NCBI RefSeq assembly: GCF_009914755.1
Contig: NC_060936.1
Source of the DNA: the human T2T-CHM13v2.0 reference genome, Homo sapiens
Reading direction: 5' to 3' (one strand)
DNA length: 64,000 nucleotides
The position numbers and the translations under genes are program-made. Shown in pieces: positions 62,250 through 64,000 of this stretch (position 1 is the first letter of the stretch; each line of letters starts with the position of its first letter). The notes below the pieces were generated by a model. It was not told the DNA's origin. It did not search any database and was given only the letters and a program-made list of their open reading frames with translations.

Positions 62250-63260
62250 TGCCCCCCTGCCCGGAGAGAGTGGGTCAGGCGCCCTCCTCTCGGCTGGTAC
62301 CTGCGCCTCGGTCTCTCCTGGCACCCCGGGGGTCACCCGCCCCGCGCCCTGCGACAGCACCGAGCGGAGGATGTGGCTCCCCAGCCTGGCCGGGGGCAGT
62401 GAGTGGGGCCCCGGTGTCCAGCCGGAGAGGGAGGACGCTGCGGGCAGCCCCCTGCCTGGAGCCCCGCTCCGTGTCGGGCCCGGCCTGGCGTGGAGCCTCC
62501 GTCCTGCCGCGGCTTCCTGCTCACACTGGCGGTGCGGGGCGTCCTCTGCTGGCCCTCGGGGAACCGCGGGCCGAGCTCAGGCCCAGGGGCGGGCGGCTTC
62601 CCCGCGGGGAGGGACGAGGAGGCCGGGATCTGGGCGGGAGCGGGGACTCCTCCTCCGCCCGCTCGCCGGAGGCGCTCCCGGAGTGGACTGATATTCAGGT
62701 CTGGGCGCCAGGGACGAGAAGTGCTCCTTTGTCTCAGAGCTGCAGACAGAGCTGCACCCAGCAGGGCTGGAGCCGGGGCTGGAGGGGAGGGCCCGCCCCG
62801 GAGCGCCCCCCGTATGCACGTGAACAAGGCCGGGATTCAGGCTGCTGGGCTGCGGAGCCGGGCTTTCAGGAGCCCTCGGCGGGGACAAAAGAGCGCACTG
62901 TCCCCCCGGGGGTCCTTGGCGGGGCTGCTTGTCCTTGTGGGCCTGAGTTTTTTGTCTTTCTGTGTTTTGAGTACGACATACAGCGAGCAGCCCAGGGTCT
63001 CCACAGGCGTCCGCCTCCCTCCCGCCCCTGGTTCCTGGGCACGGATGGGACGCGGCTCTCCGTGCCTTATTTTTGCACGGTGGCACCGTGGGCCGTGCGA
63101 TTGCAGCTTCGCACGCTATCTGGAGTGTCTGTGCCGGAGCCGCCCGTCTATTCACCTGGTTAAGCCAGGCTCGGCCTGCAGCCTGCTTCTGGCCAGAACT
63201 TCCCGGACTCGCGGCGAGAGTGTCTCGGGATCTGGGTCCTGGGTGGCAGTTGTGTGGTGG
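62250..63260. promoter_or_regulatory. Second CpG-rich block in MMP17 intron 1
   Basis: High CpG density outside any repeat. Confidence 0.55.
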
Positions 63261-63834
63261 CAGATTTTGACAAGCTGCTCTAAAGTTTCTGCTCCATTTC
63301 TCCTCTCGGCAGCACAGCCTGTGGCTGTCATCACCGCGCCCACGGCACAGTGGCAGCTCCCTTGATCTTCTGTAGGAGGTGGGGTGGGGCGGGGCAGGTG
63401 GGGGGTACTGCTGAGGTTGTGGGATGCTGGGCCAGATGGTGCCAGGTGGCAGCCGCCCTCCATGTCCTGGCTTCTGCCGGTGGCCTCTGGGTTCCTGGCC
63501 CTCAGGACCTTGTCATCGCCCTGGCTGGGGCCAGGGTGTCCCCTCTCACCCTGCAGCTGCTCCCAGAGCTTCAGGCGAGCACCCCCAGCCAAAACCAAGA
63601 CAGGCAGGAGGGTTAGACCATGGCCTGATTTCGCCATGAGAGACGTCTGACTGTCCCTTGCTCCGCGGTCCCCTTCTGACAGCCGTCCTCATGGCTCCGG
63701 GGATGTTGTTTCCCTTGGACGTGGGCTTTGCCACCCAACTAAGTGCCGGGCCTCAGTCTCCCTGTCTGCGCAATGGGGCCAGTGAGGACAGGCTGCCGTG
63801 CGATCAGCGGAGGTGCTTCCGATCGTTCAGGGAC

Positions 63835-64000
63835 AGGAAGGGGGAAGGCTGGAGAGGATCTGGGGGGGGACGGGAAGGGGGAAGGCTGGAGAGGATCGGC
63901 GTGGGGGGACCGGAAGGGGGAAGGCTGGAGAGGATCTGGGGGGAGATGGGAAGGGGGAAGGCTGGAGAGGATCTGGGGGAGGGACCGGAAGGGGGAAGGC
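63835..64000. repeat. G-rich ~36-bp VNTR in MMP17 intron 1 (GGAAGGGGGAAGGCTGGAGAGGATCTGGGGGGGAC), continues past the window end
   Basis: At least four copies visible. Confidence 0.9.

Noticed and set aside
60995-63163. 722-aa ORF and the many overlapping ORFs at 59800-63700
   Set aside because: Lies in the very GC-rich MMP17 CpG island and intron 1, where stops are scarce. P/G/A/R-biased, no recognisable domain and a non-ATG start.

Overview
Human (hominid) genomic DNA, recognisable as the SFSWAP-MMP17 interval (12q24.33, from memory). The + strand carries the last five constitutive coding exons of the splicing factor SFSWAP (RS/K-rich C-terminus, TGA at 31583-31585, AATAAA at 31802). It also has an in-frame 156-nt cassette exon at 17192-17347. 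About 28 kb of repeat-rich intergenic DNA follows, then the CpG-island promoter and first coding exon of MMP17 (MT4-MMP; ATG 60519). Non-coding DNA is dominated by roughly 55-60 Alus, two 5'-truncated young L1PA copies and old L1M fragments. It also holds a solo LTR1-like LTR, a decayed ~9.4-kb ERV1 provirus (two LTRs, tRNA-Leu PBS, env relic, nested U6 retrocopy and LTR7-family LTR), a 5S rRNA retropseudogene and four minisatellites. Almost all ORFs in the supplied track are Alu, VNTR or GC-rich artefacts. I see no evidence of a new multi-gene system. The most noteworthy items are: an inverted minisatellite that folds into a long hairpin; VNTRs apparently seeded from L1 RT and 5S sequence; an apparent templated 23-nt insertion copied from a nearby Alu; two inverted Alus sharing a 5-nt insertion; multiple splice-site options at the SFSWAP cassette exon; and a start-stop uORF plus a length-variant signal peptide in MMP17. 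Repeat boundaries and subfamily names are by eye and approximate.
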